From positions 390,001-422,000 of the forward strand of contig NZ_CP076228.1 in assembly GCF_021378375.1 (NCBI RefSeq): DNA of 32,000 bases, in the 5' to 3' direction. Of the stretch, positions 8,207-16,871 are shown in pieces. The notes under the pieces were generated by a model. The model was not told the DNA's origin. It saw nothing but the letters and a program-made list of their open reading frames with translations, and made no database searches. Numbering within the stretch: position 1 is the first letter of the stretch; each line of letters begins with the position of its first letter. This DNA comes from Wolbachia endosymbiont of Drosophila innubila. GTDB taxonomy: Bacteria > Pseudomonadota > Alphaproteobacteria > Rickettsiales > Anaplasmataceae. The translations under genes and the position numbers were made by a program.

Positions 8207-9658
8207 ATGAATGAATTAGCCAATCTCCTCAGTTCAAGAAGTGTAGATAAGGAAATATGTAAATTACCGCATAATTTAGAAGCTGAACAGATGCTTATTG
8301 GTGCAATGATTCGTGATAATAGAATCTGTGATGCAGTTGAAGACACAATTACAGCAGAAAATTTCTATGATCCACTGCATCAAAGTATTTTTACGCAAAT
8401 ATCTAAAACCAGGAAACACGGTATAGTTGCCAATGAACTGAGCCTCAAAATGTTTTTTGAGAACGACCAAGCGTTTACCGAGTGTGGCGGGGTAGAGTAC
8501 TTAGCAAAGCTTGCAGCGAAGGCAAGTATTGCACTTGATATTTATAGTTTGACTAGAATAATCCGTGATACTTACTTAAGGAGATGTTTAATCAAGCTCG
8601 GGCAAGAAATAGTTGGTGATAGCTACAACTACGATATTGAAAATCCTGCACAGGCGCAAATTGAACAAGCAATGACAAAATTGTTCAATTTGGCAGTAAA
8701 AAAACAAGGTGAGAAAACATATATAAAACTTGCAAGTTCAATTAAAGATGTAGTTGAGAAGATCAGCACACTGAAAAATAATCCAGAAGCGCTAGGCGTT
8801 ACAACCGGACTTCAAGATCTAAATCAGCTTCTTGGTGGTCTACAAAAATCTGATTTATTAATTTTAGCTGCAAGGCCTTCTATGGGTAAAACAGCATTGG
8901 CGCTAAACATCGCACTTAATGCTTGTAAGATGTTGCAAAAAAGAGCAGATAAGCAACACTATGTAGCGTTTTTCTCGCTTGAAATGTCAGCAGAGCAATT
9001 AACTGCAAGGCTGATCACTATAGATTCAGGGATTAGTTATTATAAGGCATTAACCGGAAGAATTAGTGATTTTGAATTGCATGAATTTATCAATACTAGT
9101 ACAGAATTATCTGAACTGCCTTTCATCATAGATGACACCCCTGCGCTATCAATTAGTGCCCTTCGCACCAGAATACGCTTGCTGTATCAATTATATAATG
9201 TAGAAGTGGTATTCATTGATTATTTGCAGCTAATCAGAGGAACAACAAAAAGGAGTAATGAAAATAGAGTGCAAGAAATCTCGGAAGTGACGCAGGGTTT
9301 GAAAGCAATTGCAAAGGAGCTAAATATTCCCATTGTTGCACTATCTCAGCTCTCTCGTTCTGTTGAGCAGAGGGATGATAAAAAACCACAACTTTCTGAT
9401 TTACGTGATTCAGGGAGCATAGAGCAAGACGCAGATATAGTAATGTTTCTCTATAGAGAAGAATACTACGAATTGAGAAAGCAACCAAGTGAAGGAAACA
9501 ATAAACATCGGGAATGGCAAGAGAAAATGGAGAAAATTAGAAATATTGCAGAGCTTGTTATTGCAAAGCAGAGGAACGGGCCAATTGGCAGTGTGAAGCT
9601 ATATTTTGACTCTAACAGAGGTGCATTTAAAGATTACACGGAAAGGCATAGTTCATAG
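8207..9658 (+). CDS. dnaB: Replicative DNA helicase
   Basis: LPHNLEAEQMLIGAMI, LAARPSMGKTALALNIA, VVFIDYLQLI, VPIVALSQLSRSVEQR-type motif, SDLRDSGSIEQDADIVMFLYRE. Confidence 0.97.
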   Translation: MNELANLLSSRSVDKEICKLPHNLEAEQMLIGAMIRDNRICDAVEDTITAENFYDPLHQSIFTQISKTRKHGIVANELSLKMFFENDQAFTECGGVEYLAKLAAKASIALDIYSLTRIIRDTYLRRCLIKLGQEIVGDSYNYDIENPAQAQIEQAMTKLFNLAVKKQGEKTYIKLASSIKDVVEKISTLKNNPEALGVTTGLQDLNQLLGGLQKSDLLILAARPSMGKTALALNIALNACKMLQKRADKQHYVAFFSLEMSAEQLTARLITIDSGISYYKALTGRISDFELHEFINTSTELSELPFIIDDTPALSISALRTRIRLLYQLYNVEVVFIDYLQLIRGTTKRSNENRVQEISEVTQGLKAIAKELNIPIVALSQLSRSVEQRDDKKPQLSDLRDSGSIEQDADIVMFLYREEYYELRKQPSEGNNKHREWQEKMEKIRNIAELVIAKQRNGPIGSVKLYFDSNRGAFKDYTERHSS

Positions 9659-9745
9659 CTTGACAGCAATCTTCTTGTTCCCAAGTTTATCAATTATTTT
9701 TTTTATGTAAAGATAGCTTGACAACTTCTTAAAAATCCTTTTATA

Positions 9746-10507
9746 ATGGTATTATATTTTATCATACGTGAGATGATGAATAAAAACAATGTACCCTATT
9801 ATATAGCTGGAACTCTGGCTGCTTTAACTTTATTAGCATCTGGAGTGTTTGCTGCAGCTCCTTATATTGGTTTCTTAGCTCCAGTTGCAGCATTAAGTGT
9901 TGGCCTTCCATTTATTATTGGTGGTGCTGTATTTTCTGCTGTAGCTATTGCACTTTCGTATCAAGCAATTAGTGAGAACAAAACAAATTCTGAGTTAAAA
10001 AATAAAATGAAAGCTCAAGAGCAAACAATTTCTGGGCAAAAAACTCAACTAGCTAAAAAAGAAGCGGAAGTAAAAGCTAAAGAGGAAGAAAATTCTAAGT
10101 TAAAAAATAAAGTAGAAGCTCAAGAGGAAGAAAATTCTAAGTTAAAAGATCAAGTACGCACTCAAAAGCAGAAAAGTTCTGAGCAAAAGCAACGAGCTAA
10201 TAGTTTGGATTATTTAAATATTGATAACGTTCCTAAGCAACCTGATCATTTAAATGTTGATGCTGCTAAAAGTTATTTAATGAGTCTTTCTGAGGATCAG
10301 GATGTATTTTATGATGCAGAATCTGGTGATGAAAAAGGTACTGAGATTTCTAGCCCAGAAAGTCAGCCAACTAAAGAAGAAAATGGTCAAGGCTGGTTTG
10401 CATGGAGCCCAGGAAAGGTTAAGTCGGCAATTACTGAAGTAGTAGTGATAGGTGCTGATGTTACTAAACCATATTGTGCTAAAGTAACTAAGGCACTTGC
10501 CACCTAA
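9746..10507 (+). CDS. Hypothetical protein with two N-terminal hydrophobic segments and a coiled-coil; start may be the ATG at 9776 (MNKNNVPYY)
   Basis: Hydrophobic YYIAGTLAALTLLASGVFAAAPYIGFLAPVAALSVGLPFIIGGAVFSAVAIALSY followed by a K/E/Q-rich heptad region and an acidic tail. No known family recognised. Confidence 0.7.
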   Translation: MVLYFIIREMMNKNNVPYYIAGTLAALTLLASGVFAAAPYIGFLAPVAALSVGLPFIIGGAVFSAVAIALSYQAISENKTNSELKNKMKAQEQTISGQKTQLAKKEAEVKAKEEENSKLKNKVEAQEEENSKLKDQVRTQKQKSSEQKQRANSLDYLNIDNVPKQPDHLNVDAAKSYLMSLSEDQDVFYDAESGDEKGTEISSPESQPTKEENGQGWFAWSPGKVKSAITEVVVIGADVTKPYCAKVTKALAT

Positions 10508-10580
10508 CTTGAATATGTAGACAGCGGTGTGCACCGTCGTTAACTAAAGATAATCCCATCCAGGAGAAATAGTTTTTACA

Positions 10581-12218
10581 CTATTTCTCCTCTTTAGCAT
10601 CAACCCTCAAAAAAACCGGCGTAGGTTTAGGCAATGTTATGCCTGAACTTACGCACGCGTCGCACAAAGATTTTAAATCTCGTTGTTCTTTCGGAATTTG
10701 CAGTTGATTTAGTATCATCTCTGCTGACTTGGGAACGATTGGCTGCAATAAAATGCCTATTATCCTGATATATTCCAGTAACTTGTAAATTACTAAATTC
10801 ATGCGCTCTCTGTCAGTTTTGCTTAGTGTCCAGGGTGCACTTTTGTCTATGTAGGCATTTGCTTCAGAAGAGATGTTGATGATTAGAAGTATGATATGGT
10901 TAAATTCATACTTTGATAGGTGATTCATCACTTGATCGAGTATAGCTTTGCAACCTGGAAGACTTTCTTCACCTTTAAGTAGGCTTTGATCGATTGTTGG
11001 TACAATTCCAGAACATTGCTTGTGTAAAAATGAAATTGTTCTTTGTACTAAATTGCCTATGTTGTTTGCCAGTTCTGAATTTATCCGGCTGATCATATTT
11101 TTCTTACTAAAGTTGCCATCTTGGCCGAAGCTTGCTTCCCTGAGGAGAAAATAGCGTAGCTGATCAACACCAAACTCTTGAGCGAGGCCAATTGGATCTA
11201 TGACATTACCAAGGGACTTGGATATTTTCTCTCCCTCGTTCAACCACCAACCATGAACTGCAATTTGTTTTGGCAGTGGCAGGTCTGCTACAAGGAGAAT
11301 CGCTGGCCAATATACAGCATGAAAGCGCAATATGTCTTTACCGATTACATGAACGTTGAAAGAGTTGTCAGCTAGGTTTGCAGCGCTTGACACTGGAATC
11401 TGCGTTTTCCCTTGGTTTGGTGTCATTCCAGTGCTTGACACTGGAATCTGTGTTTCTGGTTCTGCCCAAAACCTCTTATATTCCTCACCTTCAGTACTAG
11501 GGAAACCTATTGATGTAAGATAATTGGTTAATGCATCTATCCAGACATAGATTACGTGTTTGTCATTACCTGGTACTTTTATTCCCCAGTTAAAACTAGT
11601 GCGAGAGATTGAGAGGTCAATGAGCCCTGATCTTACAAACGATATCACTTCATTTCTTCTGCTCTCAGGAAAGATAAAACTTGGCTGATTTTTATAGAGT
11701 TCCAGTAATTTTTCTTGCCAGTTTGATAAGCGAAAAAAGTAACTCTCTTCTTTTATCCACTGGACCTCAGCACCTGTTGGTGCTTTGCCATCTATCAGCT
11801 CTGACTCCTGATAAAATGCTTCATCACGAACTGAATACCAACCCGAATAGGAATCCAAATATATTTGCCCTCTCTCTTCAAGTCTATTCCATAAAGCTAT
11901 AACTGCTTTTTTGTGACGTTCCTCCGTAGTGCGAATAAAATCGTCATACTCAAAATTCATGAACTTAGCCAATTCTTTAAATGAAACGCTCACTTCATCT
12001 GTAAATTCTTTTGGCTGCATTTCCTTTGCTTTAGCTGCTTTTTCTATTTTTTGTCCATGTTCATCTGTACCAGTGGTAAATTTGACATTTTTCCCAGCTA
12101 GTTTCATGAACCTTGCCACCACGTCACACAAGAGAGAAGTGTATGCATGACCAATATGCGGCTTATCGTTTACGTAATATACTGGCGTGGTGATGTAAAA
12201 GTTCTCGAATTGTTCCAT
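10581..12218 (-). CDS. metG: Methionyl-tRNA synthetase
   Basis: FYITTPVYYVNDKPHIGHAYTS, TGTDEHGQKI, HGWWLNEGEKISKSLGNVIDP (KMSKS-type) and FHAVYWPA. Confidence 0.97.
   Translation of the reverse strand: MEQFENFYITTPVYYVNDKPHIGHAYTSLLCDVVARFMKLAGKNVKFTTGTDEHGQKIEKAAKAKEMQPKEFTDEVSVSFKELAKFMNFEYDDFIRTTEERHKKAVIALWNRLEERGQIYLDSYSGWYSVRDEAFYQESELIDGKAPTGAEVQWIKEESYFFRLSNWQEKLLELYKNQPSFIFPESRRNEVISFVRSGLIDLSISRTSFNWGIKVPGNDKHVIYVWIDALTNYLTSIGFPSTEGEEYKRFWAEPETQIPVSSTGMTPNQGKTQIPVSSAANLADNSFNVHVIGKDILRFHAVYWPAILLVADLPLPKQIAVHGWWLNEGEKISKSLGNVIDPIGLAQEFGVDQLRYFLLREASFGQDGNFSKKNMISRINSELANNIGNLVQRTISFLHKQCSGIVPTIDQSLLKGEESLPGCKAILDQVMNHLSKYEFNHIILLIINISSEANAYIDKSAPWTLSKTDRERMNLVIYKLLEYIRIIGILLQPIVPKSAEMILNQLQIPKEQRDLKSLCDACVSSGITLPKPTPVFLRVDAKEEK
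11384..11462. repeat. Palindromic repeat unit inserted in frame inside metG
   Basis: TGACACTGGAATCTGCG...TGGTGTCATTCCAGTGCTTGACACTGGAATCTG, encoding PETQIPVSSTGMTPNQGKTQIPVSSA within MetG. Confidence 0.75.
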
Positions 12219-12375
12219 GGTTTAGCATTTTGATAAAAATCAACTGAGTTAATTATAGTATTAAAAAGGCAGTAATAAATAAATATTGATTGGGTTAAGC
12301 ATAATTTTTGAAAAAAGCTATTTACTGAAATTTTATTAAAATAAGAAACAATCAGGCATGATTATTGAAAGAACA

Positions 12376-12798
12376 ATGAGAAATTTTCTTGTAATTCTAT
12401 TTATAGTTTTCTATGCATTTGATGCACACGCTGATGGAGCAACAGATGTAATGTGTAATGTAATAGGTTACGTTCATGGAATAGGTGGACCAATGATTAC
12501 AGTGGTAATAATTGGTTCAAGCTTACTTGCAATATTTGGCAGAATGCCTTGGCTTGCACTTTTCGCACTGGGTATGTTTGTTGCTGTGTTTTTTGGTGCT
12601 CCTCAAATTGTAACAAAGGTAACAGAAAAAGAAGTTTGTTGTCTTTTTAAAGGTCAAACCTTGGAGAATGGAAAGTGTGTTGCTGCTCCTGGATATGAAC
12701 GTGTAGGTACAGGTTATGCTTGTCGTTCCGGTTGGGCGCTAACTAATAAAGGCTACTGTATAAAAGCTGGCCAAGATCCTTCAAAGTATTGGAAGTGA
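12376..12798 (+). CDS. virB2: TrbC/VirB2 family type IV secretion pilin homologue
   Basis: Signal-like N terminus MRNFLVILFIVFYAFDAHA, two hydrophobic helices (VMCNVIGYVHGIGGPMITVVIIGSSLLAIFGRMPWLALFALGMFVAVFFGAPQIV). Track ORF starts at 12358; ATG at 12376 fits a signal peptide better. VirB2 assignment rests on architecture. Confidence 0.75.
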   Translation: MRNFLVILFIVFYAFDAHADGATDVMCNVIGYVHGIGGPMITVVIIGSSLLAIFGRMPWLALFALGMFVAVFFGAPQIVTKVTEKEVCCLFKGQTLENGKCVAAPGYERVGTGYACRSGWALTNKGYCIKAGQDPSKYWK

Positions 12799-12809
12799 AA
12801 ATGGTGCTT

Positions 12810-13985
12810 TTATAGAGTTAAATCTAACAAACCGCAGAGTATATAATTAACATCCACGCCTTTAGTTAGATTCCACTCACGCTTTATTACGTTGTACTCC
12901 ATGCCAGCCATGTTTTGCAGCGTTACATTATTTTCTCTTAAGTGATTTGCAATTTCTGACGGCTTGAGAAATTTATTCCAGTTATGTGTACCTTTTGGCA
13001 GCCAATTTAATATGTACTCTGCACCAATTATTGCAAGACAAAAGGATTTAATAGTTCTATTTATTGTGGATATAAAGATTAACCCCTCCGGTTTTAGCAG
13101 TTCTATCGCTTTTTTCATGAAAAGCTCTAAATTATCCACATGTTCAACTACTTCCATCAGCAGAACCACGTCGTACTTCTTGTCATTGCTTAGCTCTTCA
13201 ATGCTGGTGTGTATATATTCTATATTTAACCCTACTTTTTTTGCATGTGAATGCGCTACTTTTATGTTTTCTTCACATACATCTATTCCCACAACGTTAA
13301 TGCCAACGCGTGCCATTGACTCTGACAAAATGCCACCACCGCATCCAACATCAAGCAATGATAATTCTTTCAAATTGCATTTTTTTAACTCTTTTATTTT
13401 CTCAATAATGTAAGATACTCTAACAGGATTCATTATGTGCAATGGTTTGAATTTGCCGTTCTCATCCCACCACTGGCCTGCCATTTTAGCGAATTTTGAT
13501 ATTTCATCTTCGTTATAAGTTTTTGTTTTTTTTTTCTTAGAGGTTATATTGCTGAGTTTATCAAGGCGTTTTTTATGTCTGCTTTCTTTTGAAAATTCTG
13601 TTTCGAGGAATTGTTTGACTATGTCTTTTGCTAATCCACTCGCAGTAAATCCTGCACCAAGACACAGTACATTTGCGTTGCCATGCTCGCGAGCTAATTT
13701 TGCGATCTCAACACTGTTACATAAAGCAGCGTAGATTCCTTCAAAACGATTTGCCACAGTACTCATGCCCAAACCTGTACCACAAATTAATATCCCATAA
13801 TTTGCTTTTTTGCTTGTTATATCTTCTACAACTTTAACAGCATAGTTTGGGTAATCTACACACTTTTGCTTAGCAGTGCAGCCTTGATCTACTACTCTGT
13901 AACCTAGGGCTTCCAGGTAAGGTTTTATTTCTGATTTTAATTCATAACCAGCATGATCTGAGGCAATTGATACTATACCTAACAT
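12810..13985 (-). CDS. Single ORF joining ribose 5-phosphate isomerase B (N-terminal) and UbiG-type ubiquinone O-methyltransferase (C-terminal)
   Basis: RpiB motifs ASDHAGYELK, DYPNYA, GILICGTGLGMSTVANRFEGIYAALC, REHGNANVLCLGA; UbiG motifs FAKMAGQWWDENGKFKPLHIMNPVRVSYI and LLDVGCGGGILSESMARVG. Confidence 0.88.
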   Translation of the reverse strand: MLGIVSIASDHAGYELKSEIKPYLEALGYRVVDQGCTAKQKCVDYPNYAVKVVEDITSKKANYGILICGTGLGMSTVANRFEGIYAALCNSVEIAKLAREHGNANVLCLGAGFTASGLAKDIVKQFLETEFSKESRHKKRLDKLSNITSKKKKTKTYNEDEISKFAKMAGQWWDENGKFKPLHIMNPVRVSYIIEKIKELKKCNLKELSLLDVGCGGGILSESMARVGINVVGIDVCEENIKVAHSHAKKVGLNIEYIHTSIEELSNDKKYDVVLLMEVVEHVDNLELFMKKAIELLKPEGLIFISTINRTIKSFCLAIIGAEYILNWLPKGTHNWNKFLKPSEIANHLRENNVTLQNMAGMEYNVIKREWNLTKGVDVNYILCGLLDLTL

Positions 13986-14150
13986 ATAAGAAATAAGGAC
14001 ATTTTATATGGGTTTGAACTTTCTGTCAAGTCATTCAATGCTTCTGACCTTTTGGGAGTTCTAAAGCTATAGCTAAGGTTTTCCTACGTCATACCGCAAT
14101 TCATTCCACAACTGTACGAACATTGTGATTTGAGAATAATCTCCGCCAGG

Positions 14151-14270
14151 AAGGGTGTCATCCCAGTGCTTTGGCACTGAGATCCAGAAAACTTAATTTT
14201 AAATAAGTACACCAGATAGCTGTATAATAAGAACTGGATTCCAGTGTCAAGCACTGGAATGACACCTTCT
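14151..14270. repeat. Long imperfect inverted repeat of the palindromic repeat family
   Basis: Left arm AAGGGTGTCATCCCAGTGCTTTGGCACTGAGATCCAG pairs with right arm CTGGATTCCAGTGTCAAGCACTGGAATGACACCTT. Confidence 0.8.
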
Positions 14271-14280
14271 GTATAAATAT

Positions 14281-14733
14281 TAAGAAATTTACCAAACGAA
14301 AAAAAAGGCAAAAGAAGCCCCGTGGTTGGCTAATTACTTACATTATACTTTCAAGTATGGCGTTTTTTTATTCTAAACACTTAATAACCGCGATTTAGCT
14401 GCTTTTAAGCCGCAACTAATCTAAATTATAAACGTTAAGAAATTTACTAAACAGAAAAAAGGGCAAAAGAAACCCTAGGGTAGCTAGTTATTCACTATCC
14501 ATTTTTTAAGTTGGCGTTTTTTAATGTTTTAAATGCTTTATAAGCGTATTTCAGCTTGTGTAGGTCAAAATCCGGAAATTTGATAAAGACATAAGGTGCA
14601 CATGGTGCAAAAAATTAAACATGAGACGCCAGATACGTTGAGTTTTTTTGTCATTTAATCTGTACAGAGAAGATAAATAAATAGCTTCAGTTTCATGATA
14701 AGGGCGCTGGCGAGGTTTGTCAAGGAAGTTTTT
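14281..14733. repeat. Diverged intergenic repeat element, copy B (two internal subunits)
   Basis: See 6961..7390; same block order and similar spacing. Confidence 0.75.
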
Positions 14734-14885
14734 TGTTTCTGTGGGCTACCTGGATGACAGGATTGCTCTTGAATTTGTATAGCTACATTGTCGGTAAATC
14801 CAAATTGCTTTAGTTATAGAAATAAATTTCGAGTCAGATGTGTATAAATTCTATATAATTTTTATCCTACTACTAATTTAACAAG

Positions 14886-16634
14886 ATGGATCATATAGAT
14901 ATTATAAAATCAAAATTATTATTATCCGACCTAGTAGGTAAAAAAGTCAGATTAATAAAAAGAGGAGATAGTTTTGTTGGGCTCTGTCCATTTCATAACG
15001 AAAAAACCCCATCTTTTTCGGTGAGCAATACTAAGGGGTTATATTACTGTTTTGGTTGCTTGGCTAGTGGTGATGCATTTGAATTTATTTCACAAACTGA
15101 AGGATTAAGCTTTAAAGAAGCATTGGAAAAATTAGCATTGGTTACAGGTGTTGAACTGCCCAAAAATCTTAGTATTACAAAAGAGGACAATAAACTATTT
15201 TTAGCGCTTGATTTAGCTGCAAATTGGTTTGCACAAAAAAATCAAGGTGTTGTAGATTATTTAAAGCAGCGTAAGATTTTACCTAAAATCATAGATAAAT
15301 TTAAGATAGGTTATGCACCAAGCTCTGGTTTGAAAGAGTATTTAAACTCTTCAGGTATTGAAGACAAAATTTTAATTGATATTGGATTAGTAAACAAAAA
15401 TTTTCATGATTATTTTTATGACCGGCTGATATTTCCTATACAGAGCATTGCAGGGAGAGTTATTGGTTTTGGCGGACGTGCGCTAAGTTCTGAGCAACAG
15501 CCGAAATATTTAAACAGTCCAGAGAGTCAGCTCTTCAAGAAGAGGGAGAATTTATACGGATTAAACTTTGCTTTAAGCGAAATACGTAAAAAACAGCACA
15601 TACTCGTTGTTGAAGGATATATGGACGCTATAGCGCTACATCAAGCGGGAATTAGTAATGCAGTTGCTCCGCTTGGTACCGCAATTTCTGCAGAACAGAT
15701 AAAAAATCTATGGAGATTTGCTAAAGAAATCTCCATCTGTATGGATGGCGATAGTGCTGGACGTCATGCTGCTACTCGAGTTGCAGAACTTGCTCTGCTA
15801 ATATTAGAGCCTGGATACACGTTAAAGTTTGTGACTTTGCCGAGTAATAAAGATCCATACGATATATGTAACGAACTGGAATACAAGAAAGAAGACGTGT
15901 TGACTGCTCTTGACCATTCAACAAAACTGCATTCTGAATATTTATGGCATCACATAATCGATAGCAATTTGCAAAATTATGAAAAACTTGCTCCGGAAAA
16001 ATATTCAATTCTTGAGCACAAGTTCATGGAATATGTAAATACTATTAGCAACAGCAGTATTAGAAGGTATTACAGAGATTATTTTTACAATAAGGCTAGT
16101 GAACTAAGAAGTAGCTTCAAAAAACAGATTTTTAATAGTAAAACTAGAGCAACAAAAGGTGAGTATCTTCATAACAAGTCTCCAGAGCTAATTGAAGCAG
16201 AGCAAAATCAGGCCGTAATTTTGCGTATAGCCGTAGAATTTCCTGAAATCTTGAACCGTCCTATATTTTTTGAGCAATTTTCTCATTTTGAATTTACTAA
16301 TGAGATGAAAAGATTACAACAGCGTATAATTGATGTAATAAGTAACAAAAGCAACCTCGATAAAGAGGCTTTGTTACAAGAATTGAAACAGTTTAACGTT
16401 ATAAAGTATGTATTTGAAAAAACTAGTGTACTAAATAGCCAACTGAACGAGAGAAAATCTGCAGAAATTGTGTGGAATAATATAGTGTTACTAAAAGAGT
16501 TAAATGCATTACGAAAAGAAAGAACCGAAGCGAGGCTGAGCGGTAATCTTGACTTAGAGGAAAGGTTGATAGAACAAATAAAGCAAATAGAAAGCAGTAT
16601 ACAAGAAATGCAAATGGAGTTTATTGAAAAGTAG
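14886..16634 (+). CDS. dnaG: DNA primase
   Basis: Zinc finger CPFHNEKTPSFSVSNTKGLYYCFGC; TOPRIM LVVEGYMDAIALHQAGISNAVAPLGTA; RVIGFGGRAL. Confidence 0.97.
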   Translation: MDHIDIIKSKLLLSDLVGKKVRLIKRGDSFVGLCPFHNEKTPSFSVSNTKGLYYCFGCLASGDAFEFISQTEGLSFKEALEKLALVTGVELPKNLSITKEDNKLFLALDLAANWFAQKNQGVVDYLKQRKILPKIIDKFKIGYAPSSGLKEYLNSSGIEDKILIDIGLVNKNFHDYFYDRLIFPIQSIAGRVIGFGGRALSSEQQPKYLNSPESQLFKKRENLYGLNFALSEIRKKQHILVVEGYMDAIALHQAGISNAVAPLGTAISAEQIKNLWRFAKEISICMDGDSAGRHAATRVAELALLILEPGYTLKFVTLPSNKDPYDICNELEYKKEDVLTALDHSTKLHSEYLWHHIIDSNLQNYEKLAPEKYSILEHKFMEYVNTISNSSIRRYYRDYFYNKASELRSSFKKQIFNSKTRATKGEYLHNKSPELIEAEQNQAVILRIAVEFPEILNRPIFFEQFSHFEFTNEMKRLQQRIIDVISNKSNLDKEALLQELKQFNVIKYVFEKTSVLNSQLNERKSAEIVWNNIVLLKELNALRKERTEARLSGNLDLEERLIEQIKQIESSIQEMQMEFIEK

Positions 16635-16871
16635 ATATCGTCTCGTTAGTCAACAAGAAAATTACAAAATAAGACAATATTTTACATAAGATTGAAATTT
16701 TTAACTAATTAAGCCTTCCTCTAACAGCTTTGCCCTGTAGTTTTTGATATGGTTAGGATCACTTGAAAATGTATAATTTTTGTAGTTAGCTCTGCTGTGC
16801 ATATAAAGTTTACTATTGACTTTTATCACATTATCTCACATTATCTCACATAATATGCATGTGAGAAGAAT

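Noticed and set aside
14084-14311. 75-aa minus-strand ORF
   Set aside because: Translated from the palindromic repeat (VIPVLDTGIQF, SQCQSTGMT) and part of copy B; no independent coding support.
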